Shown here piece by piece: positions 20,809 through 29,708 of a DNA stretch of 64,000 nucleotides. The notes under the pieces are model-generated. The model saw nothing but the letters and a program-made list of their open reading frames with translations. It was not told the origin of the DNA and made no database searches. The translations under genes and the position numbers were made by a program. The DNA is from an uncultured Actinomycetes bacterium (GTDB lineage: Bacteria; Actinomycetota; Thermoleophilia; UBA2241), in NCBI GenBank assembly GCA_963755025.1, contig CAVWIH010000033.1, positions 1-64,000 on the forward strand. The letters run 5' to 3'. Position 1 is the stretch's first letter. Every line of letters starts with the position of its first letter.

Positions 20809-23373
20809 TCCGCCTGTCGCTGCGCGACCTGTGGAGCCGCAAGCTCCGCACGGTCCTCACCATGCTGGCGATCGTCCTGGGCGTCGCCATGATCGCCGGC
20901 ACGTACGTGATCACCGACCAGATCAACAACGGCTTTCACAACATCTTCGAAAAGGCGGCCGTCGGCACCGACGTGAACATCACCCACAAGGCGGCCTTTC
21001 GGCAGCAGCGACGTCTTGGCCGTCGGGCGGCACGCTGCCGGTCGGCCCTGCTCGACCAGGTGCGCGGCCGTGAGCGGCGTGGCCGACGCCGCCGGCACGG
21101 TCGACGGCAGCGGCGCCGTCGTGGTCAACGGCAAGTCGGTCAGTACCGGCGGCGCGCCCACGCTCGTCTTCTCGACGTCGCCGCCGCGCTTCAGCCGCAG
21201 CACGTATATCGCCGGCGGCCGGCCGACGCAAAGACGGCACCGTGGCGATCAACGCCAAGCTGGCCGCCGACAAGCACCTGAAGCTGGGCGACGCCATCGG
21301 CCTGGCGACCGAGCAGGGGGTGCAGCCGGTCGTCATCTCGGGCGTCTTCGACTTTGGCGACTCGACGTCGATCGGCGGCGCGACCCTGGTGGCCGACCAC
21401 GGTGGCCGACGCCCAGCGCTGGTACAACCTCGAAGGGCAGTACTCGAGCATCTCGGTGGCCGCCGAGCCGGGCGTCACGCCCGACACGCTGGCCGCGAAC
21501 CTGAAGAAGGCGCTGCCCGCCTACGCCGAAGTGAAGACCGTCGGCGCAGATCGATGGCCGACAACACCAAGGCCATCAGCGACGCCATCGGCAACGTGCT
21601 GCGCACGATCCTGCTGGCCTTCGGCGGCGTGGCCGTGATCGTCGGCGCCTTCATCATCTTCAACGCCTTCTCGATCACCGTGGCGCAGCGCATCCGCGAG
21701 TTCGCCATGCTGCGCTCGCTGGGCGCCACGCGCCGCCAGGTGCTGGCCAGCGTGATCGGCGAGGCCGGCGCGCTCGGTCTGGTCGCCTCGCTGCTCGGCA
21801 TCGCCGCCGGCATCGGCATCGCCAAGGGCATCAACGCCCTGTTCCAGGCGGTCGGCGCCGACATACCGACGTCGGGCATCGCGCTGGCGCCGCGCACCAT
21901 CATCGTCTCGCTCGTGGTCGGCGTCGGTGTGGCGCTGCTCGGCCGCGCTGGCTCCGGCGCTGCGCGCCACGCGGGTGCCGCCGGTGGCCGCCCTGCACGA
22001 GGGCGCCACGCTGCCGCCGTCGGCGCTCAGCCGCTTACACGCCCGGCCATCGCCGCGGTCGCCGCCGTGCGTCGGCGCCGCCGCCCTGGCCGCCGGCATG
22101 TTCGTCGCACGGCACGACCGGCAGCCGCCTGCTCGAGATGGCGCTCGGCGCGGTGCTCATCTTCGTGGCCGTCGCCATGGTCGCCAAGTACGTCGTGCGG
22201 CCCCTGGCCAGCGTGATCGGCTGGCCGGCGGCGCGCTTTGCCGGCAGCAGCGGGCGGCTGGCCCGCGAGAACGCCACGCGCAACCCGGCGCGCACTGCGG
22301 CGACCGCGGCCGCCCTCATGATCGGCTTGGGCGTCGTGGTGTTCGTCGCCGTCTTCGCGCAGGGGTTCAAGACCTCGTTCGTGAGCGCCGTCGACCGCTC
22401 GGTCAACGCCGCCATCGTGGTGAGCGGCACGGGCGGCGGCACGTTCCCCGACGCCGCGCTTGGCCACCGTGCGCGGCGTGCCCGGTGTCGACCAGGCCGC
22501 CGGCATCTACTCGACGAGCACGCAGGTCAACGGCGGCGGCACGACGGCCATGACGGGCGTCGACCCGATCACGTTCGGGCCCATGTGGCGCTTCCACTGG
22601 CTCAAGGGCGGCTCCAACGCGCTGCTCGGCCAAGCCTCACGGCAACGCCGCCCTGGTCGAGGAGCAGTTCGCCACCAAGTACGACCTGTCGAAAGGCAAG
22701 AGCTTCGTCGCACTCGGCCAGACCGGCGCGCGGGCAGCGCCTCACGGTGATCGGCGAGTACCGCGACCCGACGCTGCTGACCGGGTACACGGTCGCGCAG
22801 AGCACCTTCGACCAGCTCGCGCCGAGCACCGATCGCGACCCCATCTACATCATCGCCTCGAGCACCGGCGACCCCGCGCAGACCAAGGCCGCCGTCGCCG
22901 CGGCGCTCAAGCAGTTCCCCACGACCAAGGTGCAGACCAAGGCCGAGTACACCGCGTCGCTCAAAAAGCAGGTCGACCAGCTCCTCACGCTGATCTACGC
23001 GCTGCTCGCGGTGAGCGTCGTCATCTCGGTGTTCGGCATCGTCAACACGCTGGTGCTGTCGGTCTACGAGCGCACGCGCGAGATCGGCATGCTGCGCGCC
23101 ATCGGTACGACCCGCCGGCAGATGCGGCGCATCGTGCGCTACGAGAGCGTGATCACGTCGATCATCGGCGGCATACTGGGGACCGTGCTCGGCGTGCTGT
23201 TCGCCTACATCGTCTCGACGCGCCTGGCCTCGCAGGGCATCACCTTCTCGGTGCCCTGGACTCAGCTCGTCGTCTTCCTCATCGTGGCCGGCATCGTGGG
23301 CGTGGTCGCCGCCGTGCTGCCGGCTCACCGGGCGGCGCGGGTCAACGTGCTCGAAGCCATCCATTACGAGTAG
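20805..23373 (+). CDS. FtsX-like ABC permease (about 850 aa), many frameshifts
   Basis: 'RTVLTMLAIVLGVAM', 'IFNAFSITVAQRIREFAMLRSLGA', 'ENATRNPARTAATAAALMIG', 'VYERTREIGMLRAIG'; ATGA overlap with the ATPase. Confidence 0.85.
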
Positions 23374-23398
23374 GCGCTCGAGGGAATAGTCTGTACGC

Positions 23399-24091
23399 AT
23401 GAGCGAACCCGACGACAAGCGCGGCGCCGTGAACCCGGTGGCCGACCCCTTCGACGCCGAGATCGAGGCGCGCGCAGCGGAGCTGCGCGCGCTGATCGCC
23501 GCCACGCCGATGCCCACCTCGTACGGCCGCCCGCCCGGCTGGCTCGAGCTGCGCGAGCGCCGGCACAAGCGCTACCTGCTCGTCACCGGCGGTGCGCTCA
23601 TCGCCGCCGGCGCCCTCACGTTCGTGCTCATCATGACGGGCGTCTCGCTGCTGGGCGTGGCGATCTTCGCCCCGGGCGTGCTGATCTGCGCGCTGGCGAT
23701 CGGCTGGCGTCCGTACTACTCGCTCTACCTGCCCGGCCTGGCCCTCGCGGGCTGGGGCATGGGCATGATCGTCGACAGGGCGATCGACTCGCCCATGTTC
23801 CTGAGCGCCGTGGGCCTCGGTTGCGGCCTCGTGCTCGCCTGGGTGATCCGCCGCGTGCAGGTGGGCTGGGCGCATCTCTGGCCGCTGCTCTTCGGGTTGT
23901 TCTTCGCGGGCTTCGGCGTGCTCGCCGGCTTCGACCACCCCTGGTCGCTTGTCTGGCACGCCTGGCCGCTCCTGCTGGTCGCGCTCGGCCTGGTGTTCGT
24001 GGCGCGCGCCGTGCTGCCGCGGCGCCGGCCCTCGAGTCCGCCGGCGGGTGGCCCCCCGGTCGGCGGGCCGCCGGCGCGCGGCCAGGGCTGA
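23399..24091 (+). CDS. Hypothetical multi-pass membrane protein
   Basis: About six hydrophobic segments; 'WPLLLVALG' resembles LiaF/LiaI-like TM regions. Confidence 0.65.
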   Translation: MSEPDDKRGAVNPVADPFDAEIEARAAELRALIAATPMPTSYGRPPGWLELRERRHKRYLLVTGGALIAAGALTFVLIMTGVSLLGVAIFAPGVLICALAIGWRPYYSLYLPGLALAGWGMGMIVDRAIDSPMFLSAVGLGCGLVLAWVIRRVQVGWAHLWPLLFGLFFAGFGVLAGFDHPWSLVWHAWPLLLVALGLVFVARAVLPRRRPSSPPAGGPPVGGPPARGQG

Positions 24092-24201
24092 ACCGGCGCC
24101 GGGCGATCTGGCCCGCGCTGCATAGAGTTGCACTAAGGGCGCAACTCTGACGGCGGGCTTGCAGTCCATGAGGCAGGCAAGAAGAATCTGCGTGGTTCTT
24201 T

Positions 24202-24230
24202 TTGCGTTTCTCCGCGAAGCTCGATAGCAT
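24202..24230 (+). promoter_or_regulatory. Sigma70-type promoter of the symporter gene
   Basis: TTGCGT-N17-TAGCAT. Confidence 0.45.
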
Positions 24231-24266
24231 TACGGCTTCGGTCGCGTCGAATCTTTGGGGGAGTCC

Positions 24267-25835
24267 GTGGTCAAGTACGCCATTCTTGCCGTCTTCGTCG
24301 CCGTGCTGGTCTCGATCGGCATCTACTCGCGGCGCCGCACGCAGACCGTCGACGACTTCTTCATCGGCAGCCGCACCTTGGGGCCGTGGCTGTCGGCCTT
24401 TGCCTACGGCACCACCTACTTCAGCGCCGTGCTGTTCGTGGGCTACGCCGGCAAGATCGGCTACGGCTTTGGCCTGTCGGCGCTGTGGATCGTCATCGGC
24501 AACGCCTTCCTGGGCACCATGATCGCCTGGTGGCTGCTCGCCAAGCGCACGCGCACCATGACGGGGCGCCTGAACGCCCTGACCATGCCCGAGTTCCTCT
24601 CGCGGCGCTACGGCTCGAAGGCCATCAAGATCGTCGCCGCCCTCATCATCTTCATCTTCCTCATCCCGTACTCGGCTTCGGTCTACACGGGCCTCGCCTA
24701 TCTGTTCGAGAAGGTCTTCAACATCAACTTCACCACGGCGCTCTGGTCGATGGCGGTGCTCACCGCGGTCTACCTGGTGATCGGTGGCTACCTGGCGGTG
24801 GCCCGCAACGACGCCATCCAGGGCGTCGTCATGATCATCGGCGTGATCGTCATGATCTGGTTCGTGGTGCGCTCGCCCGAGGTCGGCGGCCTGCGCCACG
24901 GGCTGCACCATCTGCACGCCATCAGCCCGCAGCTCACCGCCATCTGGCCGGCCTGGGACATTCATGGCAGCGGCTTCACCGCCTTTCTCAACTCGCCGGG
25001 CGTCGAGCTGCTGGGGCTCGTGCTGCTCACCAGCCTGGGCGCGCTGGCGCACCCCAAGATGGTGCACAAGTTCTACGCCATGAAAGACGAGAGCGTGGTG
25101 CGCCAGGCCATCGTCATCTCCACCCTGTTTGCCCTGCTCATGACCTTCGGCGCCTACTTCACGGGCTCGCTCAGCCACCTGTTCCCGCAGGTCGCGCCGC
25201 TCGCGGCAGCGGGCAACTTCGACGCCATCATGCCCACCGTGATCGACGTGGCGCTACCCTCGACGCTGGTCGTGATCGTGCTGCTGCTCGTGCTCTCGGC
25301 CTCCATGTCGACTCTGGCCTCGCTGGTCATGGTCTCGGCGTCGGTCGTGAGCGTCGACTTCGTGCGCGACGAGCTCAAGCCCGACATGTCCAAGAAGTCG
25401 GTGGTCACGCTCATGCGCGTGCTGGTGGTCGTGTTCATCCTGCTGTCGGTGCTGCTGGCGCAGGCCAAGATCGCCATCATCATCACCATGATGGCGATCT
25501 CGTGGGGCGTGATCTCGGGAGCCTTCCTCGGCCCCTACATCTGGGGCCTGTTCTGGCGGCGCGTCGGCAAGGCTTCGGCCTGGGCGGGCTTTGTCGTGGG
25601 CGCCGGCTTCACCCTGTTGGTCGGCTGGCACTACCACTGGAACGCTGCCTACATGCCGGTCATCTCGAGCATCGCCATGCTGGGTTCGCTGGCCGTCGTG
25701 CCGCTCGTGGCGCTCGTCGCCAAGCCGGCCTCTGACGAGTGCATCGCCCTGGCCTTCGGCGACGGGGCGGCGCCCGCGGGCGCCGCTGCCGGCGATGCCG
25801 CGCTCGAACCGGCGCTCGAGCCCGAGGTCGTCTAG
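24267..25835 (+). CDS. Sodium:solute symporter family protein (PutP/PanF-like)
   Basis: 'DDFFIGSRTLGPWLSAFAYGTTYFS', 'LTMPEFLSRRY', 'GGYLAV..ND.IQG', 'LSASMSTLASL'. Confidence 0.92.
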   Translation: MVKYAILAVFVAVLVSIGIYSRRRTQTVDDFFIGSRTLGPWLSAFAYGTTYFSAVLFVGYAGKIGYGFGLSALWIVIGNAFLGTMIAWWLLAKRTRTMTGRLNALTMPEFLSRRYGSKAIKIVAALIIFIFLIPYSASVYTGLAYLFEKVFNINFTTALWSMAVLTAVYLVIGGYLAVARNDAIQGVVMIIGVIVMIWFVVRSPEVGGLRHGLHHLHAISPQLTAIWPAWDIHGSGFTAFLNSPGVELLGLVLLTSLGALAHPKMVHKFYAMKDESVVRQAIVISTLFALLMTFGAYFTGSLSHLFPQVAPLAAAGNFDAIMPTVIDVALPSTLVVIVLLLVLSASMSTLASLVMVSASVVSVDFVRDELKPDMSKKSVVTLMRVLVVVFILLSVLLAQAKIAIIITMMAISWGVISGAFLGPYIWGLFWRRVGKASAWAGFVVGAGFTLLVGWHYHWNAAYMPVISSIAMLGSLAVVPLVALVAKPASDECIALAFGDGAAPAGAAAGDAALEPALEPEVV

Positions 25836-25866
25836 CGCCTCCGTCGCGCCTGGGGACAGCCTGGGT

Positions 25867-25986
25867 CCGCCAAGCGACTGCGTCGTTGTCGCTCAGGCAG
25901 GCGTGACTTCGTTACGCGCCTAGTGCCGCCAAGCGACTGCGTCGTTGTCGCTCAGGCAGGCGTGACTTCGTTACGCGCCTGGTGCC
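25867..25986. repeat. 2 x 59-bp near-perfect tandem repeat covering the tetR 3' end, stop codon and downstream hairpin
   Basis: ccgccaagcgactgcgtcgttgtcgctcaggcaggcgtgacttcgttacgcgcct(a/g)gtg at 25867 and 25926. Confidence 0.92.
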
Positions 25987-26683
25987 CGATCGGACCGGTG
26001 AGGTAGCGCTGGATGGTCGGCCCCACGGCGGCCGCCACGGTGTCGAGGTCGGCCGACGCCAGGGGCTCGACCTTGCCCACGTAGCGCATGAGCGCGAGGC
26101 CGATGAACTGTGAGCCCGCCAGCGTGGCGCGCAGCTCGGCGTCGGGCACCCCGAGGGCGGTGGCGAGCGGCCCGAAGACCTCTTTTACGAGCAGGCGCCG
26201 CACGAGCTCGGCGGCCTGCTCGTTCGACACGATCGAACGCAGCATGGCCATGAAGACCGGCCGGTTGGCGGGGTCTTCCCACACCGTCAGAAAGCCCATC
26301 ACCACGTGCTCGCCTATGCGCTCGCGGTCGTCGGCCAGCAATGCCGGCAGCAGCGAGCCCGGCGAGACGGGCAGCTCGAGCGCCCGTTCGAAGAGCTGCT
26401 CTTTGGCTCCGAAGTAGTGGTGCACGAGGGCGGGGTCGACGCAGGCGCGGGCGGCGATGCCGCGGATGGTGGCGCCGTCGTAGCCGCCCTCGGCGAACTC
26501 GAACCGGGCGGCGGCTAGGATGCAGTCGCGCGCGCCGCTGTCGCCGGGGCGCCGGCCGGTGTGCGCCGGGCGGTGCCCGGCCGGCGTCGGCACCGGCTCC
26601 GACGCCGGCGCGGCGGCCGGCTCGCCGCCGGGCCGCCCGGCCGGAGCGGCGGCCGGCTCGGGCTGGGGCGTGGCGCGGTTCAT
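25952..26683 (-). CDS. TetR family transcriptional regulator
   Basis: HTH 'ILAAARFEFAEGGYDGATIRGIAARACVDPALVHHYFGAKEQLF'; ATGA overlap with the MFS stop. Confidence 0.92.
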   Translation of the reverse strand: MNRATPQPEPAAAPAGRPGGEPAAAPASEPVPTPAGHRPAHTGRRPGDSGARDCILAAARFEFAEGGYDGATIRGIAARACVDPALVHHYFGAKEQLFERALELPVSPGSLLPALLADDRERIGEHVVMGFLTVWEDPANRPVFMAMLRSIVSNEQAAELVRRLLVKEVFGPLATALGVPDAELRATLAGSQFIGLALMRYVGKVEPLASADLDTVAAAVGPTIQRYLTGPIGHQARNEVTPA

Positions 26684-28428
26684 TCGGCGGCGTCGGTCGC
26701 CGCGCCCAGGGCCGCCGCGTCGGCGTTCGCTTCGGAGCGTTCGGCGCGGTTTAGCTTTTCGTGACCCTCGTGCTCGCCGAGGCGGCGTCCGGTCATGAGA
26801 CCGGGGAAGATGGCCAGCAGCGCGGCCAGGGCGGCCGCGTAGAAGGGCCACTTGAACGACTTGGCGATGTTGACCGTGTAGATGGCTTTGACGTGGGCGA
26901 TCATCTGCTGCTCGCCGATGGCCTGGGCCGAGCCGGCCGCGGCCTGCGGCAGACCCTGCAGCGGGTTCGAGGTCATGGCCGTGGCGGCGTCGCCGCCGCC
27001 CGCCTTGGCGACCGTCGCGGCGGCCGCGTTGATCGTGGCGACGATCAGCGGCTTGTCGGCGGCGGGGATCTGCGGCTGCGCCATGACGTAGGCCACCGAC
27101 TGGCGGGTGGCGGTCTGGGCGTTGATCGCCACGGTGTGCGTGAAGATGGCGACGAGCACGGCGACGCCCAGCGTGAAGCCCACCTGACGCAGGGTGTTGA
27201 GCGAACCCGACCCGACGCCGCGCACCTCGGGCGGCAGCGACGCCATCGAGGCGGCCGAGAGGGTCGGCATGGCGAAGCCCATGCCGACGCCGATGAAGGC
27301 GATGCGCCACATGATGTCGACGACCGTCGTCGAGGCGTTCAGCTGCGCCAGCAGCACGAGCCCGATGGTGAAGAACACCGCGCCGACCACGGCCGGCAGG
27401 CGCGGCCCGATGCGGTCGACGAGGCGGCCTGCGTTGGGCGCGATGAGCAGCGCGACGACCGGCATGACGGTGAGCGCCACGGCGGCGCGCAGCTCGGAGT
27501 AGCCGAGCACCGAGACCATGAAGATGACGACCAGCAGGAAGGTGCCGCCCATCGCCATGCCGACGAAGCAGATGGCCGTGTTGGCCGCCGTGAACGAGCG
27601 GATGCGCAGCAGCTTCAGGGGGAACATGGGGTGGGCGGTGCGGCCCTCCCACCAGATGAAGAGGGGAAAGCAGGCCACGGCCGCCACGAACATGACGACG
27701 ACGCGCGCCGAGCCCCAGCCCCAGGAGTTGCCCTGCACCAGGGCGAGCGTGAGCAGGAACAGCCCGACGCCGGCGATCGCGATGCCGGGCAGGTCGATGC
27801 CGCCGGCCGTGTCCTTGCCCCGCACGGCCACCGGAATGACGAGCGCGGCGAAGACGATGGCGGCGAGGCCGATCGGCACGTTGACGAAGAAGATCCAGTG
27901 CCAGCTGCCGTAGGTGACGAGCAGGCCGCCCATGGTCGGGCCGACCGCCGCGGCGGCGGTGCCCAGGGCGCCCCACAGGCCGACGGCCATGCCCTGCTGG
28001 CGGCGCGGGAAGGCGCCCAGCACGATGGCCAGCGAGATGGTGAGCAGCGCCGCGCCGCCCAGGCCCTGACCGGCGCGGAAGGCGATCAGCCAGCCGATGT
28101 TGGGGGCGAGGCCGCAGAGCAGCGAGAACACGGTGAACGTGACGAGGCCGAAGATGAAGACGCGCTTCTGGCCCCACTTGTCGCCGATGCGGCCCATCGA
28201 CAGGAAGGCCACGGCGAGCACGAGGTTGTAGGAGTTCAGCACCCACGAGGCGCTGGTGACGGTGGTGTGCAGGCTGGTGATGATGCGCGGCATGGCGATG
28301 TTGACGATGGTGACGTCGAGCAGCGCCATGAACATGCCGATCGAGACGGCGACCAGGATCCACCACTTGCGCGGGTGGCCCTGGTCGAGGGTAGCGGCGG
28401 TCGGTGCGGGCGTTGCGGTCGTGCTCAA
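26680..28428 (-). CDS. MFS efflux transporter, DHA2 (EmrB/QacA) family
   Basis: 'FMALLDVTIVNIAMP', 'GRIGDKWGQKR', 'WHWIFFVNVPIG'; AGAGGAG RBS before TTG. Confidence 0.92.
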   Translation of the reverse strand: MSTTATPAPTAATLDQGHPRKWWILVAVSIGMFMALLDVTIVNIAMPRIITSLHTTVTSASWVLNSYNLVLAVAFLSMGRIGDKWGQKRVFIFGLVTFTVFSLLCGLAPNIGWLIAFRAGQGLGGAALLTISLAIVLGAFPRRQQGMAVGLWGALGTAAAAVGPTMGGLLVTYGSWHWIFFVNVPIGLAAIVFAALVIPVAVRGKDTAGGIDLPGIAIAGVGLFLLTLALVQGNSWGWGSARVVVMFVAAVACFPLFIWWEGRTAHPMFPLKLLRIRSFTAANTAICFVGMAMGGTFLLVVIFMVSVLGYSELRAAVALTVMPVVALLIAPNAGRLVDRIGPRLPAVVGAVFFTIGLVLLAQLNASTTVVDIMWRIAFIGVGMGFAMPTLSAASMASLPPEVRGVGSGSLNTLRQVGFTLGVAVLVAIFTHTVAINAQTATRQSVAYVMAQPQIPAADKPLIVATINAAAATVAKAGGGDAATAMTSNPLQGLPQAAAGSAQAIGEQQMIAHVKAIYTVNIAKSFKWPFYAAALAALLAIFPGLMTGRRLGEHEGHEKLNRAERSEANADAAALGAATDAAE

Positions 28429-28543
28429 GCGGGCTCCTCTTGGTCGGCGGCCGCCGATCCCAACAACGGGGTAGGGCGGCCGGGTCGGGGCCGCCGCCTG
28501 CGGCGACCGTGATGCACTGGACAGATGCTTCCGCACCGGCGGG

Positions 28544-28605
28544 AAATCAACACATGATGAATTGCCTGCCGTCGTGAATTCTACGCTTGATGAATTGTTC
28601 GTCAA
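28544..28605 (-). promoter_or_regulatory. MFS-tetR promoter overlapped by two 20-bp imperfect palindromic operators
   Basis: Minus strand TTGACG-N16-TAGAAT (28605-28578); sites AAATCAacacatgaTGAATT (28544-28563) and AATTCTacgcttgaTGAATT (28577-28596). Confidence 0.7.
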
Positions 28606-28664
28606 GCTGGCCGCGCCGCCGCGCGTGTCGTAGCATCGCCCCCACCAGACCAAGGAGGCGGCAA

Positions 28665-29486
28665 GTGCACGTCATCGTGAGACCTCCGGGCGAAGCCTTT
28701 CGCCGGGCCCTGTCCGAGCACCCCGGCAGGGAGACCATCGATCCGGCGGCGGCTCGCCGCCAGCACCAGGCGTTTGTCGCGGCCCTGCGCGCGGCCGGCG
28801 TGACGCTCACCGAGATGCCGGCCGACGACGAGCTGCCCGACGCCTGCTTTGTCTCCGACGTGCTGATCACGCTGCCGCGCGCCGGCGACCCCGGCGGTCC
28901 CGCGGCCGTCGCCGTGGCCACGCGACCCGGCGCGCCGAGCCGGCGGCCCGAGGTCGCCGCTGTGGTCGAGACGGCGCGGCGGTTGCTCGGCCCGGCCTGT
29001 GCGGTCGCCGAGATCGCCGCTCCCGGCACCCTCGAGGGCGGCGACGTCATCGTCTACGGCGACCGCGTCGCCATCGGCGTCTCCAAGCGCACGACCCGTG
29101 GTGGGGCCGCCCAGCTCGCCGACCTGGTGCGCGGCGCGGGCTACCGGGCGTTTCTCTGCCCGGTCGAAGACCGTCTGCACCTGGCGAGCTGGGTGAGCGT
29201 CGTGCGGCCCGACCTGCTCATCGGCACCGCCGGCGGCTTTGCGTCGCTCGACGCCGGCGGACCCGACACGGCGCCGCGCGGCGAGATCGAGCGCATCGTG
29301 CTCCACGACGACGACGTCGTGGCCGCCAACGTCCTGCCGCTCGGCGGGCGCGTCTTTCTGGCGGCCGGCACGCCGCGCGCGACGGCTGCGCTGCGGAACG
29401 CCGGCGAGCAGGCGGTCGAGCTCGATCTCGACGAGTTCACCAAGGCCGACGGCGGGCCTACCTGTCTCGTCTGCCACGTGTTCTAG
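28665..29486 (+). CDS. Dimethylarginine dimethylaminohydrolase / amidinotransferase superfamily protein
   Basis: AAGGAGG RBS; 'ARRQHQAF', 'LPDACFVSD', 'LEGGDV', 'LHL', catalytic Cys in 'DGGPTCL'. Confidence 0.85.
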   Translation: MHVIVRPPGEAFRRALSEHPGRETIDPAAARRQHQAFVAALRAAGVTLTEMPADDELPDACFVSDVLITLPRAGDPGGPAAVAVATRPGAPSRRPEVAAVVETARRLLGPACAVAEIAAPGTLEGGDVIVYGDRVAIGVSKRTTRGGAAQLADLVRGAGYRAFLCPVEDRLHLASWVSVVRPDLLIGTAGGFASLDAGGPDTAPRGEIERIVLHDDDVVAANVLPLGGRVFLAAGTPRATAALRNAGEQAVELDLDEFTKADGGPTCLVCHVF

Positions 29487-29708
29487 GGGCGCCGAGCGAC
29501 TCCGTCGTCGGCGCGCGGTCGCCGGGGCGGTGCCGTTTATGGCTCCGGCCCGGCCGGCCGCCGGCCCGGCGTTCGTTTGTCATGTTTCGCGGCGCGTCTG
29601 TCGACTAGTACCTGAGAGAGCGCGCGCGATACGTGAGGGGACGACGGAGCGGCCGCGAGCGGCTGCCGCCTCGCGCCCGCCCGCGTGCGACACCGCGGAA
29701 GAGGCTGG

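Noticed and set aside
24125-24149. Riboswitch upstream of the sodium:solute symporter
   Set aside because: Only an 8-bp inverted repeat (agagttgc/gcaactct) upstream of the predicted promoter; more likely an operator or terminator, with no aptamer consensus.
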